Below are positions 20,714 through 30,691 of a DNA stretch of 64,000 nucleotides, one piece after another. The notes under the pieces were generated by a model, which saw only the letters and a list, made by a program, of their open reading frames with translations, was not told where the DNA came from and made no database searches. The stretch spans positions 256,001 to 320,000 of the forward strand of contig CAXMWX010000005.1 in assembly GCA_963422205.2 (NCBI GenBank). Direction: 5' to 3'. The DNA is from Gammaproteobacteria bacterium. GTDB lineage: Bacteria > Pseudomonadota > Gammaproteobacteria > Eutrophobiales > Eutrophobiaceae. Positions within the stretch are counted from its first letter, which is position 1; each line of letters starts with the position of its first letter. Both the position numbers and the translations under genes were made by a program.

Positions 20714-20997
20714 ATATTGTGAAAGAACTGGCAAGCGACCACTACCTGGGGCATCAGGATATGCAGAAGATAAATCAATTTTTTTCAGGATGCGGTAACG
20801 CGCCAGCATTATCGCGAGAAGCCGAGGCATTACACGGCATGGAAATGTAACACTGGCATTCATGCCTCTGGTGAGGGAGCCAGGCTACGGAGTAAAGACG
20901 GTTGAAGCCACATTGAGGGCTGGGCATGTGATAAACAACTTATACGCCTTCTGTTACCCCCGCATAACATCTGAAACTGTTGAGATGAAGGCAAATC

Positions 20998-21615
20998 TCA
21001 CATCCCCGGCCCGGTTTCCGGCTCAAGGGTTGGCTTGGGAGATGGGTTATCCGGCCACAGCGCACTGAGCGGGAAAGTAATCGCATCGAACGGCGGGACT
21101 GAGACTGACGCATCGCCAGCGAGCGAGGCGTTCAAAACCCAATGTTCATCTTTGAGTTGGAAGGCTTCCAGGGTGCGGGCATCAGGATCGACAAACCACA
21201 GATAGTCTACCCCCTCACGGGCATAGATGTCGCGCTTGTCGGTCAAATCGAGCTGGCGGGTGGATGGCGATAACACCTCGCAAACCCAGTCCGGGGCAAG
21301 TTCAAAGAAGGCGGCATTTGGGAGGCTGGGCATAGTCTCGCGTCGCCAACCGGCCAAGTCCGGCACCAGAATGTCCTCGCCCAGGTGCAGCTCCGGCTCA
21401 TCAATAATCCACCAGCCTCCCGGGCCGCCATCACCATATCCAAAGGGCGGTGAAATTTTAGCGCCTATCCCGGAACTCGCCCAGGCATGAGGTATAGCGG
21501 GGCGGGGCTGCATCCTAAGCACGCCATAGATGACTTCTGCCACCTTGTGAGGCGGCGCATCCAGCACATCCTGGTAGGTGGCCTTAGCCTGGGTTTTGCG
21601 TGCGGAGGTAATCAT
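20998..21615 (-). CDS. Uma2 family endonuclease-fold protein
   Basis: EPELHL...PDLAGWR, APDWVCEVLSPST, KRDIYAREGV..LWFVDP. Confidence 0.93.
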   Translation of the reverse strand: MITSARKTQAKATYQDVLDAPPHKVAEVIYGVLRMQPRPAIPHAWASSGIGAKISPPFGYGDGGPGGWWIIDEPELHLGEDILVPDLAGWRRETMPSLPNAAFFELAPDWVCEVLSPSTRQLDLTDKRDIYAREGVDYLWFVDPDARTLEAFQLKDEHWVLNASLAGDASVSVPPFDAITFPLSALWPDNPSPKPTLEPETGPGM

Positions 21616-21794
21616 CTAAATCAGTTTAGCATAGCATATCGGCATTTGTAGCGTTCCTCATAAAGCCAGTAAAACGGGTTTGAAACTGGCTTTTATTACA
21701 AGTAACATTTTGTTTGCTTTATCTTTTACTTGGATTGCTGGAAATGGCACAGATAACATGAAGTTGATTGAAAACGTCATATCCGAGCGCATGA

Positions 21795-22151
21795 TTGATG
21801 AATAGATTGACTACGGGTTTGGATGAGGCTGGCTTTACTGCATCACTTGATGATGATTTTCCGCAACACCTGACACGGGATGATGAGCAAAAGCTGCTGG
21901 ATTTATGTGCTTCACGTTCCTTGGAGATAAGGTCTTGGGCGAAGATGGGCTCACCTTGCTTTATGGCGGGGGTGGCCGTGATGCTCGCTAGTGTTGCTGG
22001 GTTCGACCGCTGTAGTTTGTTGGCCTTGGCAGAGCGGCTCTATCCCGGGGCCAGCCAACCGGCAACATTTGCTCGCTGGTTAAAACATAGCCCGCTTCAA
22101 CCTTCGCGCTTCCTGGCGATGTTGGATAGAGAACTTGCCCATGCGCCCTGA
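21795..22151 (+). pseudogene. Partner (putative antitoxin) of the nucleotidyltransferase-like gene, 5' eroded
   Basis: FMAGVAVMLAS...LAERLYPGAS...SPLQPSRFLAML; overlaps the next gene. Confidence 0.45.
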
Positions 22152-22413
22152 AGCCAAAGCACAAATGGAATATGTCGTTGCTTTCAGGGAAATCGCTGGG
22201 CGTATTGCCAAATCATTCAGCGGGGTAGCGGAGCAGGTATTGCCCATCAAAATGTATGTCGCTGGCGGGGCTGCGCTGCATTTTTATACCGGTGAACGTA
22301 TATCCAGGGATATTGATGCCAGCTTCTCGCACCGGATAATCCTGCCGGATGATCTGGAAGTCAGCTATCGTGCTGCCGATGGTGCCGCCCGTTTGTTGTA
22401 TTTCGACCGCTAG
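22141..22413 (+). pseudogene. DUF6036-like nucleotidyltransferase, 3' truncated
   Basis: YVAGGAALHFYTGERISRDIDA (GG...DxD pattern); stops at about 90 aa. Confidence 0.7.
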
Positions 22414-22432
22414 TATAAGGATAATACATTGA

Positions 22433-23326
22433 TTATCCCCACTGCATTGCTGTTCGAAGTGGGGTTTTAATCGACAGGAGCAACCGATGATGATCTGTGC
22501 GCCGTAAAGGAATGGATAATGCTGTGCTATGAAGAGAGTCCGCAAGGTGTTTTAGAATACGTGATAGCGGTGATAAATTTCTTGTTGTTTTTAATATTTG
22601 AACCATGCCTTTATGCACATCAAGGGCATTTAATTTAATGAATTTCTCTCTTAATGCGGCATACATCTCAGTGTTTGGGACATCAGGAACAGGGATATTC
22701 ATCAATTTTAGAATTCTTATCGCTTCATTCATACGGAGAGAATCGTATATGACTGCCGGAGAGATTCTGTCTGGTCGCTCCGATGCTGCCCTCAATGTGG
22801 AAATTTGATGCCTTGCTGACAGTTTGAGTATGCCAACATCTTCGGACACAATAGAGCGTACGCTGCCCTCATGATTTTCCCCTGCAATAACGCAAACATT
22901 AGCAAAAAATTGCTTGTAAGTTTCAATTTGTTGTTCAAGACGGGAAAGTGAGTCCCGTTCAGATTTGATCTCATAAGCTGTCGCTGTTCCATTGATGATT
23001 GCCAAATCTACTTTACACTCACCCACACGAAACTCATTGAGCATTGTAGCTGTTTGCAGCGAATGCCTTCCAAGAAGTACGCGCTGCGTCAGTGCAGCTT
23101 TATAAACATACTCATGGCGGCATTCGGTTCTCTTCAAAACATCAAAGGCGGCACCAAAGAAATGAAACACATTCTGCTTCAGGTCATCAGGCTTAAAGAC
23201 ACCCAGTGCTTCCTTGGCCAGTCGTGCAAATAGTGGTGATTTACCACGACCGGTCAATTCTCTCATCACGCTTGAAGAGAATAGGCGGGATATAGCTGAT
23301 ATTTGATTTGGTGAGAGCATATTCAA
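22433..23326 (-). CDS. sce7726 family protein (PD-(D/E)xK-like)
   Basis: RHEYVYK..L...LLGRHSL, EFRVGECKVDLAIING...YEIKSERDSLSRL..Q...Y. Confidence 0.85.
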   Translation of the reverse strand: MNMLSPNQISAISRLFSSSVMRELTGRGKSPLFARLAKEALGVFKPDDLKQNVFHFFGAAFDVLKRTECRHEYVYKAALTQRVLLGRHSLQTATMLNEFRVGECKVDLAIINGTATAYEIKSERDSLSRLEQQIETYKQFFANVCVIAGENHEGSVRSIVSEDVGILKLSARHQISTLRAASERPDRISPAVIYDSLRMNEAIRILKLMNIPVPDVPNTEMYAALREKFIKLNALDVHKGMVQILKTTRNLSPLSRILKHLADSLHSTALSIPLRRTDHHRLLLSIKTPLRTAMQWG

Positions 23327-23474
23327 CTACATCCTGTTTTCTTCACGGCATCTTAATGGAATTTTTTTGCCAGATAAACTAAAATCGGTTGAATTGAAAT
23401 CCTGATCTGCTAAAAATAAACTGCTGACTGGCAAAGCTGCAATGGATTAGTCGATCTCGGTGTGCTACAGGCCA

Positions 23475-23997
23475 TTATAACTTATTCTTAGCCACACGTT
23501 TCTCAACCCCATGCCGGGTTCTGACCTCGATCTCCTGTTCCATGAAGGCCATGAGCTTATCCAAAATCACCTTTCGCTCGGCCTTGTTTTTGCCCTGCTT
23601 GAGCGCCTGCTGCACCACGTAAGCCCAGCGATACACCGTGGGATACGGGGTCTTGAACTGGGCAAACCATTCAGTCACTTGCGGGTAGGAGCGCCCTAAC
23701 AGCCGCACCAGATCATACTTGCCGAAGGTCTTGTCCACGTGCCTGTGAATATACGCCAGCAACTCGGTGGGGTGCGGGAAGCGGGGCAGAAAATACGCCT
23801 CTGGATGTTCGTACAGGTACCGTGTCAGGGCGCTGGTCGCCAAGTCCTTGATGGCATTTTTATCATTGGCAGGGGCAATCATGTTCGGGATATTCAAGCC
23901 CAGCAGGAAGACAAGATCGCGCTGCCGCAGATCTTCTATATCGGCCAGGGCACGGGCATGACCGTAAGTGACCGGCTTATCAGATTCAGGTTTCATT
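23475..23997 (-). CDS. Hypothetical protein (possible HTH)
   Basis: ORF from MKPESDK with RBS; divergent from 24088. Confidence 0.5.
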
Positions 23998-24087
23998 ATC
24001 TCTCTCGTTGTGTATTTAGTATCTGGTATGATTATATACACTATGTGATATAATGCTACTGCATAGACATCACGTACAAGCCAAACC

Positions 24088-24660
24088 ATGTCCATCTCCA
24101 CCCTAAGCGGCTATTATAGCTACCGCCATCGTGTCCCGGCCAGGGTCAAGTTGAAATCCATCATCACCTCGCCCGCCCCGCCACGGAGCGGGATTACCCT
24201 GGGCTGTCTTGAAACCCAGCGTGCCCTGATCAGCCGGGTCTATCGGCGTGAGCAGGCAAAAGGCCGGCAGCTTGTTCGTATTGAGGTCAAACTGGAATTG
24301 GGCGAGATGCAGAACCTGGCACGTCCTGACCTGTCGGATTTGCCCCACCTGACCCTGCTGCATTTGGCCTTTATCAAAAAACGCCTGCGGGAGTCTATTG
24401 CGGATTACCTGATCGCCTATCAGCGAGGAGGCCGAGGCAAGCAGGTCTATGCCGACCCCAGAGAGGCGGTCAAATACCAGCCGGGCTTGTTGGATAAACT
24501 GCTACGGGAGCCCGCCTTCTCTCATGTCCGCATGGTGATCTGGCAGCCTGAATCTGTGGAGGGCGATATGCCCGGGCCTATCCAGGTGGCCACGCTGTTC
24601 AATACCCGCCATATCGTCAGCGCCACGGCCGTGAATAGGAAAACGAAGGTGGTGTATTGA
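24088..24660 (+). CDS. Hypothetical protein
   Basis: 190-aa ORF; no family recognised. Confidence 0.5.
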   Translation: MSISTLSGYYSYRHRVPARVKLKSIITSPAPPRSGITLGCLETQRALISRVYRREQAKGRQLVRIEVKLELGEMQNLARPDLSDLPHLTLLHLAFIKKRLRESIADYLIAYQRGGRGKQVYADPREAVKYQPGLLDKLLREPAFSHVRMVIWQPESVEGDMPGPIQVATLFNTRHIVSATAVNRKTKVVY

Positions 24661-24748
24661 GCTGGTTTCTGAACTGGGACCGCTTCCGAGCACCAAAGCT
24701 ACCACAGCCCCGACAAGGGCAGCGCTGAGGGCAATCAGGTAGGACGTA

Positions 24749-25799
24749 TGTACAAGTTCAAAAACCTATTGCCCTATTCGTAAGAGAGAGAACGAGAGCA
24801 CTATCAGCATATAGGGTATCGAATAAAAGGCTTTTATCGCACGGGCAGCCATGCAATAAGGGCGGACATGAATAATCAAATCGCCGCACAGCGTCCCTGC
24901 TTGCGTGCTGCGTGCAGGCAAGTCAGTGTGCTTAGATTCTGGGACAAGCATGGCCTGACCCGCCCTTGACCACAGTGGCAGTGGTTCGACAAGCTCACCC
25001 ACCAGAGCCGCCGTACCCTGTATGCCTGGCGCAAAGCCTACCGCGAGTGGGGACTGTCTGGCTTGTGTCCGACCCCCAAAGCACCGAAGCGCACTCGCCG
25101 CTGACCACAAGCGGTTATCCAGCAGATACGCCAACGGCGCCAAGACCTGCCCAATCTGGATAAAGAGCAGTGTCAGGTACTGCTCAGATCCTGGTGTCAG
25201 GCCAGGGGATTGCCCTGTCCCAGTACTTCGACCATTGGCCGCCCTGTCTGTGCGGGTACGCAGACGGGCTGATTGCCGATACCCCCGACAAGAGGCGAAT
25301 CTCACCCCCGGCCTTGAGCCCGAAGGGGAAAGCCAAAGCCTATCGAAGAACCCCCGTCACACGCCGCCCTAAAGGCTATCGCCCCAGCCAGATTGGCGAG
25401 TGTGTGGGACTGGACGCCATCGAGCGGCGTAGGCAGGTGGCCGGGGGGTATCTCCTCACCTCTATTGACGAAGCCAGTGGCTATGCCTTAGTCCTGGCGG
25501 TGCCGAAACGGAACAGCCGGGCAGCCAGAGACTTCTCTGAAAAGGCCCTCTCCCTGACCCCCTTCCCCATCCAGCAGGTGATTACCGACAGTGGCGTTAC
25601 GTTCAAGGGCGCGTTTGACCAACGGCTCAATGATAGTCAGATCCTGCATCTATACACCTATCCCAAAACCCCCAAAATGAATGCCGTGGCTGGTGAGCTT
25701 GTCGAACCATCTGTGAGCGTTCTAATCGCACCATGGTTGGTGAGCCTGTCGAACCCTATCCAGTACAACAAAAAGGGCAATAGGGGGTGGACTTATACA
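24749..25799 (+). mobile_element. IS481-like insertion sequence, copy 1 (1051 bp, transposase disrupted)
   Basis: TIRs TGTACAAGTTCAAAAACCTATTGCCC / TGTATAAGTCCACCCCCTATTGCCC; rve-like GECVGLD...IDEAS...VITDSG.TF...YPKTPKMN; second copy at 62012-63062. Confidence 0.88.
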
Positions 25800-25873
25800 G
25801 ACTATACGCCAACAGATTTTGATCTATACTATTGTAGAGGCATATCACCTTTTGTAAATTGAAGAGGCATACA

Positions 25874-26642
25874 ATGAGAAGCTGGAATAGGTTATATTTA
25901 ACTCTGATTTTGCTGTTTTCACTGCCTGCACATGCAGACAAGGACATCTCTGGTTCTTTCAGCACGGCTAAAAGGTGGGCCGAGAAACACATCTACCACG
26001 ATAAACGACTCTCATTTTATTGTGGCTGTTCCTACACCGCAAATAAGGATGTTGACCAAACCTCTTGTGGATACACTCCAAGGAAGCCGTTTACCAGTAC
26101 TGGTAAGGAAAATACCAGAGATAACCGTATAGAATGGGAGCATGTTTTGCCAGCATCGCTAATGGGTAATCACTTAGCCTGCTGGGGAGCCGACAGAGGT
26201 AAATTCTCTCAATGTGTTAAATCCGACGGTAAACTTTACTCAGGTCGGAAATGTTGCCAGAGAGTGAATGACGTATTCAGAAAAGCGCATAATGATTTGG
26301 TGAATCTAGTGCCTGCGATTGGCGAGGTCAATGGTGACCGTTTCAATCACCGCTATGGAATAGTCCCTGGCGAGCCCCGCAAATATGGTCAGTGTGATTT
26401 TGAGTTCGAAGATAATGTCGCTGAGCCAGCGGCGAGTATCCGAGGAGATATAGCCAGGATGCAGATCTATATGTTGGAGACTTACGGGCCTGAGCTAGGG
26501 TTTTACGTTTGAGTCTGGACGGCTCCAAATGCTTAAAGAATGGGCTAAAAGTGATCCAGTGTCGGAGTGGGAAATAAAATGAAACCAACGGATATGTGAC
26601 AAACAGGGCACTGCGAATAACCAAATCAGTCAATGTAACTAA
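25874..26642 (+). pseudogene. Endonuclease I (EndA/Dns) family secreted nuclease, disrupted C-terminus
   Basis: FYCGC, RIEWEHVLPAS, NLVPAIGEVNGDR, RGDIAR; frameshift near 26505 and TGA 26580-26582. Confidence 0.88.
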
Positions 26643-26737
26643 GCAGGAGGAGACAGAGATTTGTGCCATTTGACTAGCTTGCGGGCGGTATGGGCAGGTT
26701 TAGCGCGCATTGATGTCTACGGGCTAATCAAATAAAT

Positions 26738-27076
26738 CTAACCAAATGTTGCCTCGATTTCTGAACGATAAAGAGAGAGAAAGCTATCTTCTTGAACCTT
26801 ACCAAATATTAACCATTCAATCATGTCATCCATAATCGACATGGCATCTTCGCTTAAATAATATTCTGTCATTGAATAAGAATTATAATGTGCGCCTATA
26901 GGCCGGATATGATCAAACCGAAGTATGGACTCATCTACGCCTGTCACAGGCAGTTTATCCCAGAAAAATTGTGGATACTCACAGTGACGGATAGCCTCCA
27001 CAAACTTGGGATTGTATCCAGCCCGACGGTTATTGTGTTCGGCACCATAGTAGGGCCGGCAATATCCTATAACCAC
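26738..27076 (-). pseudogene. Hypothetical protein coupled to the Panacea-like gene (putative toxin remnant)
   Basis: Overlaps the stop of the upstream gene; no family recognised. Confidence 0.4.
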
Positions 27077-27775
27077 TTCACGCCTTCAACAAACATCTCA
27101 TCATCATAGATCTTCTTTCGTACAGGATTGGTACGTCTTGGTTTTCCTCCGCTTTGTTGCCTTTGCTGTCGGTATTGATTACCCAAACTACGCATTTTTT
27201 CAGCCAGGCGTTTTTTCTTTTTGTTTGAGAGCTGTTCATATTTAGTTAGTAGCGGCTCTTCTTGTATTTGTTCCGCTGGCATAGCTAAAGTAAAATTCAA
27301 GGGCTGCCGGGTGGGCAGAAAGCATGGGTGGAGTCCTATAGACATGATCTAAAAGAGATGGTGCGTCTTTGCCAAATTGATGTACACAGTGCCTAATAGC
27401 AGATGAAACCACTAAGGGAAGTTGGTACTCAATCTCTTCGAGTTTTCTTTCGTCCCTTAACCTCCAACGATACCATTCCCCCTCCTCTTCATATTCGCTT
27501 TCGAGGGTGTTCTTGGTCGCATTTATGTGTATAAGCGCAGGTTCAATTCTGTTATGTACTTCTACCGACCAAGGGCCAAATGTGTGAAACTTCCATGGCG
27601 TTCCCGTATAGGTTTGCCCCTGGTTTCCTTCAGCATGAGCCAAATCTGCCAGATAAACATATTTTAATAAATGGATAGGTCCGAGTTCTCCATCATGGTA
27701 GTCATCCTCTTCTCCAGCCATCAACAAGGCACACTGGATAAGTAAATCCACTTTCTGCAGATCAATTTGCATCAT
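27067..27775 (-). pseudogene. Panacea (DUF4065/SocA-like) domain protein, frameshifted near 27310
   Basis: IHLLKYVYLAD...YTGTPWKFHTFGPW...LLDHVY.T.PM. Confidence 0.7.
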
Positions 27776-27836
27776 AAGAATTGTATCAGGTCAAGTTGGC
27801 AAAGATTAGCATATTTGCTATGTCGTCCCGCAACCA

Positions 27837-28624
27837 TCACCCCAGCCGTTCAGCGATCTCGGTCGGCGTCGGATTATAATAAATCATCAACGAGCGAGGG
27901 TCACGATGCCCCACCATCTTGGCCAAGTCCAGAACATCCAGCTTCCTTGCTAACCGGGTCAAGGCTTCATGCCGGCTGTCATGGAAGGTCAGATTCTCAA
28001 TACCCGCCAACCTGACCGCTTTGCGAAAATAAATGGCACCGCTTTCCTGGGGTACAGAGAACACATTGCCCGATTTTTTAGGTTCCATTGCCTGCAGTAA
28101 TGCTATCGCCGTGCTGGATAAGGGGACATGACGACTGCTGCCGTTCTTGGTGTCATGCAGGGTAAGGTAGCGGCCAGCAAAATCAATATCCGACCAGTCC
28201 AATCCCCATATCTCGCCTTGACGCATGGCTGTCTCCAGGGCAAGCAAAAACGCATAACCGGTCTGCTTTCGGGCTGTCAGGCCGCCATCCTCATCAAAAT
28301 ATAACGCCTGTAGTAGCTTGTCGATCTCAACCTTGGATATGCGCCGCTCCTTGGGCGGCGTAGCCTTCGGGCGCTTGCATTCCTTACAGGGATTGACCTT
28401 ACATCCATTTCCACTTGACACAGTGGGTGAAAATGGAAGACAAGAGATTCAAGTCACGGTTGATTGTGCTGGCCGAAGTCGTTTGTTCAGCAATCCATCG
28501 GTCAATATCCGCCGTGGTCAACTGCTCCAACATGACATCAGCCAAGGGGTCACGCCGGTGTTTGTTGATGCGTATCCTGTCCCAGCGCTCGCCTTTCCTG
28601 TCACTGGACACGCCAGCTTCATAG
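27837..28624 (-). pseudogene. Tyrosine integrase, 5' truncated and frameshifted near 28400
   Basis: TINRDLNLLSSIF; catalytic motifs TAMRQGEI, TKNG, FHDSRH, VGH, IYY. Confidence 0.9.
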
Positions 28625-28636
28625 CGGTATAGCCAT

Positions 28637-28721
28637 TGGTGCCGATGGCCGGACTCGAACCGGCACGCCGTCAGGCACTACCCCCTCAAGATAGCGTGTC
28701 TACCAATTCCACCACATCGGC
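28637..28721 (-). tRNA. tRNA-Leu(GAG)
   Basis: GCCGATGTGGTGGAATTGGTAGACACG CTATC-TTGAGGG-GGTAG, long variable arm, GGTTCGAGTCC and CCA end; downstream of secG. Confidence 0.97.
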
Positions 28722-28734
28722 GTTGTGAATTAAT

Positions 28735-29118
28735 TTACTGCTCTTCAGGTATGCTTGGCAGCGCCTCATCGGCGGCAGGTTCGGCTGGGACCTGCACCGG
28801 GATGTCCGGCACAGCATCTGCCTTCTCGGTCACTGCCGTGGTACCGATATCCAGATTCAGCGCTCTCGTTTGCTCAAGCCTCACCTTGGCCAGATAAGCC
28901 AGCCCCAGACTGTTCGCCAGAAAAATGACCGCCAGTGCGGTTGTCAGCCGGGTAAGAAAATTGCCTGAGCCCTGAGCGCCAAACACGGTCGCCGATGCCC
29001 CACTGCCAAAGGCAGCGCCTGCATCCGCCCCCTTGCCATGCTGTATCAGGATAAGCAGGATCAGGCCCAACGCCACCAGCACTTGTAATGCAAATAATAC
29101 GATTTGTAAGGTCTCCAT
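28735..29118 (-). CDS. secG: Preprotein translocase subunit SecG
   Basis: LIQHGKGADAGAAFGSGASATVFGAQGSGNFLTR. Confidence 0.97.
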   Translation of the reverse strand: METLQIVLFALQVLVALGLILLILIQHGKGADAGAAFGSGASATVFGAQGSGNFLTRLTTALAVIFLANSLGLAYLAKVRLEQTRALNLDIGTTAVTEKADAVPDIPVQVPAEPAADEALPSIPEEQ

Positions 29119-29151
29119 TATCACTCCATCAACTGTTATATCGCCCAACTG

Positions 29152-29904
29152 TTATATCGCGTGGTATATCGCCAGGAAATCATCGATGTTGAGCGAGGCA
29201 CCACCAATCAGCCCGCCATCAACATCGGCCATGGCAAAAATCCCGGCCGCATTGCCTGCCTTGACACTGCCGCCATACAAAATTCTTATGTTATTGGCTA
29301 TGACATCATCATATCTGGCCAACTGCAAGCGAATAAAGTGATGCGCCTGTTGCACTTGTTCGGGAGTTGCCGTTAATCCCGTACCAATCGCCCAGACCGG
29401 CTCATAAGCCAGCACCGCACCCGCAAAGGCCGCCACCCCTGCCCGGCTGATCACCGCCTCCAGTTGCCCGGCCAGCACCTGTTCGGTGCTGCCATCCTCT
29501 CTCTCCGCCATGCTCTCGCCCAGGCACAGGATCACCTTCAGCCCGCTGGCCCGGGCAAGGGTAAATTTCGCCGCCACCATCGCATGGGTTTCGCCATAGC
29601 CATGGCGTCTTTCCGAATGGCCGATGATGACGTATTGGCAGCCATAGTCCTGCAACATGGAGACAGCTATCTCGCCAGTGTAGGCACCTGCTGTGTGTTG
29701 CGAGACATTTTGTGCGCCAACATGAATGCCCGAACCCGACAACAACTCAGCGGCCAGAGGAATGTAAATCGCTGGCGCACACACCACCATCTCTGCACCA
29801 GCAGCAGCAAAGCCGCCTTTAAGCCCGGCCAGCAGCGCGCTCACAGAGGCACGGCTGCCGTTCATTTTCCAGTTGGCGGCGATCAGCGGCTGCCTGCCTG
29901 CCAT
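29152..29904 (-). CDS. tpiA: Triosephosphate isomerase
   Basis: ANWKMNG, GHSERR, AYEPVWAIGTG, LIGGASL. Confidence 0.98.
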   Translation of the reverse strand: MAGRQPLIAANWKMNGSRASVSALLAGLKGGFAAAGAEMVVCAPAIYIPLAAELLSGSGIHVGAQNVSQHTAGAYTGEIAVSMLQDYGCQYVIIGHSERRHGYGETHAMVAAKFTLARASGLKVILCLGESMAEREDGSTEQVLAGQLEAVISRAGVAAFAGAVLAYEPVWAIGTGLTATPEQVQQAHHFIRLQLARYDDVIANNIRILYGGSVKAGNAAGIFAMADVDGGLIGGASLNIDDFLAIYHAI

Positions 29905-29989
29905 TGGGCTACCGGCTCCTTACACGTGAACACAGAAAAAAGGCTGTCAAGCGTAACGCAAATGCCCGGAAAGTGAAAGCCTGTTGTCC

Positions 29990-30646
29990 TCACGGCGGGT
30001 AAAAATCCGGGGCTTCAACAAGGCAGTGCGTACACATCCGTGTTGCTGAACATCGCTGTTTGGCATGCTGCACGATGAGGGCATGATATTCATTAAACAG
30101 GCGATAATCCGGCGGCAGGTTCTCGGTAAACAAACGGCTCAACGTCTGGTAGGACTCATCGCCGTTAATCAGTTGCAATGCCTGCAACAAACGCCGGGTA
30201 TAGGCATCGATCACAAACACCGGTCGATCAAAGGCATAGAGCAGAATAGCATCGGCTGTCTCCGGCCCGATACCCTTGACCTGCAACAACCCGGCCCGCA
30301 AGGCGGCCGTATCCTGCCGGGCTAATGCGGCGATACCTCCCTCTGCTGTTGCCCATGCACTCAGGTTCTTTAACCGGTGCGCTTTGACATTAAAATAACC
30401 GGCTGGCCGGATCAGCCCGGCCAGCTCTGCTTCGCTCAAGGCGTGCAGATGTGCCAGCGATAACCGGCTGGCGGTGCGAAGAGTGGCGATTGCCCGCTCA
30501 ACGTTTTGCCAGCGGGTATTTTGAGTAAGCACGGCCCCGATCATGACCTCACCGGGACTGTCCGCCGGCCACCAGTGTTGCGGGCCGTAGGCAGCGAGAA
30601 GACGATCGTACAGCGTAAGCAGCCGGGTTGTCAGAGGGATCGCCAT
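29990..30646 (-). CDS. HhH-GPD endonuclease III-related protein
   Basis: YGPQHWWP, GAVLTQNT, KGIGPETADAILLYA, EYHALIV. Confidence 0.9.
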   Translation of the reverse strand: MAIPLTTRLLTLYDRLLAAYGPQHWWPADSPGEVMIGAVLTQNTRWQNVERAIATLRTASRLSLAHLHALSEAELAGLIRPAGYFNVKAHRLKNLSAWATAEGGIAALARQDTAALRAGLLQVKGIGPETADAILLYAFDRPVFVIDAYTRRLLQALQLINGDESYQTLSRLFTENLPPDYRLFNEYHALIVQHAKQRCSATRMCTHCLVEAPDFYPP

Positions 30647-30691
30647 GCTACCGATGCACCAGCACGCTCATGCCAGGGCGTTAAGATAAGT

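Larger units (their letters stand above)
5658..28636. mobile_element. Degenerate integrated element (prophage early region + type IVB secretion genes + cargo) at tRNA-Leu; left boundary unresolved
   Basis: A tyrosine integrase abuts the tRNA 3' end. cI/cro/alpA/rep/dcm and icm genes are present with many disruptions. No second att copy was found by eye. Confidence 0.75.
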
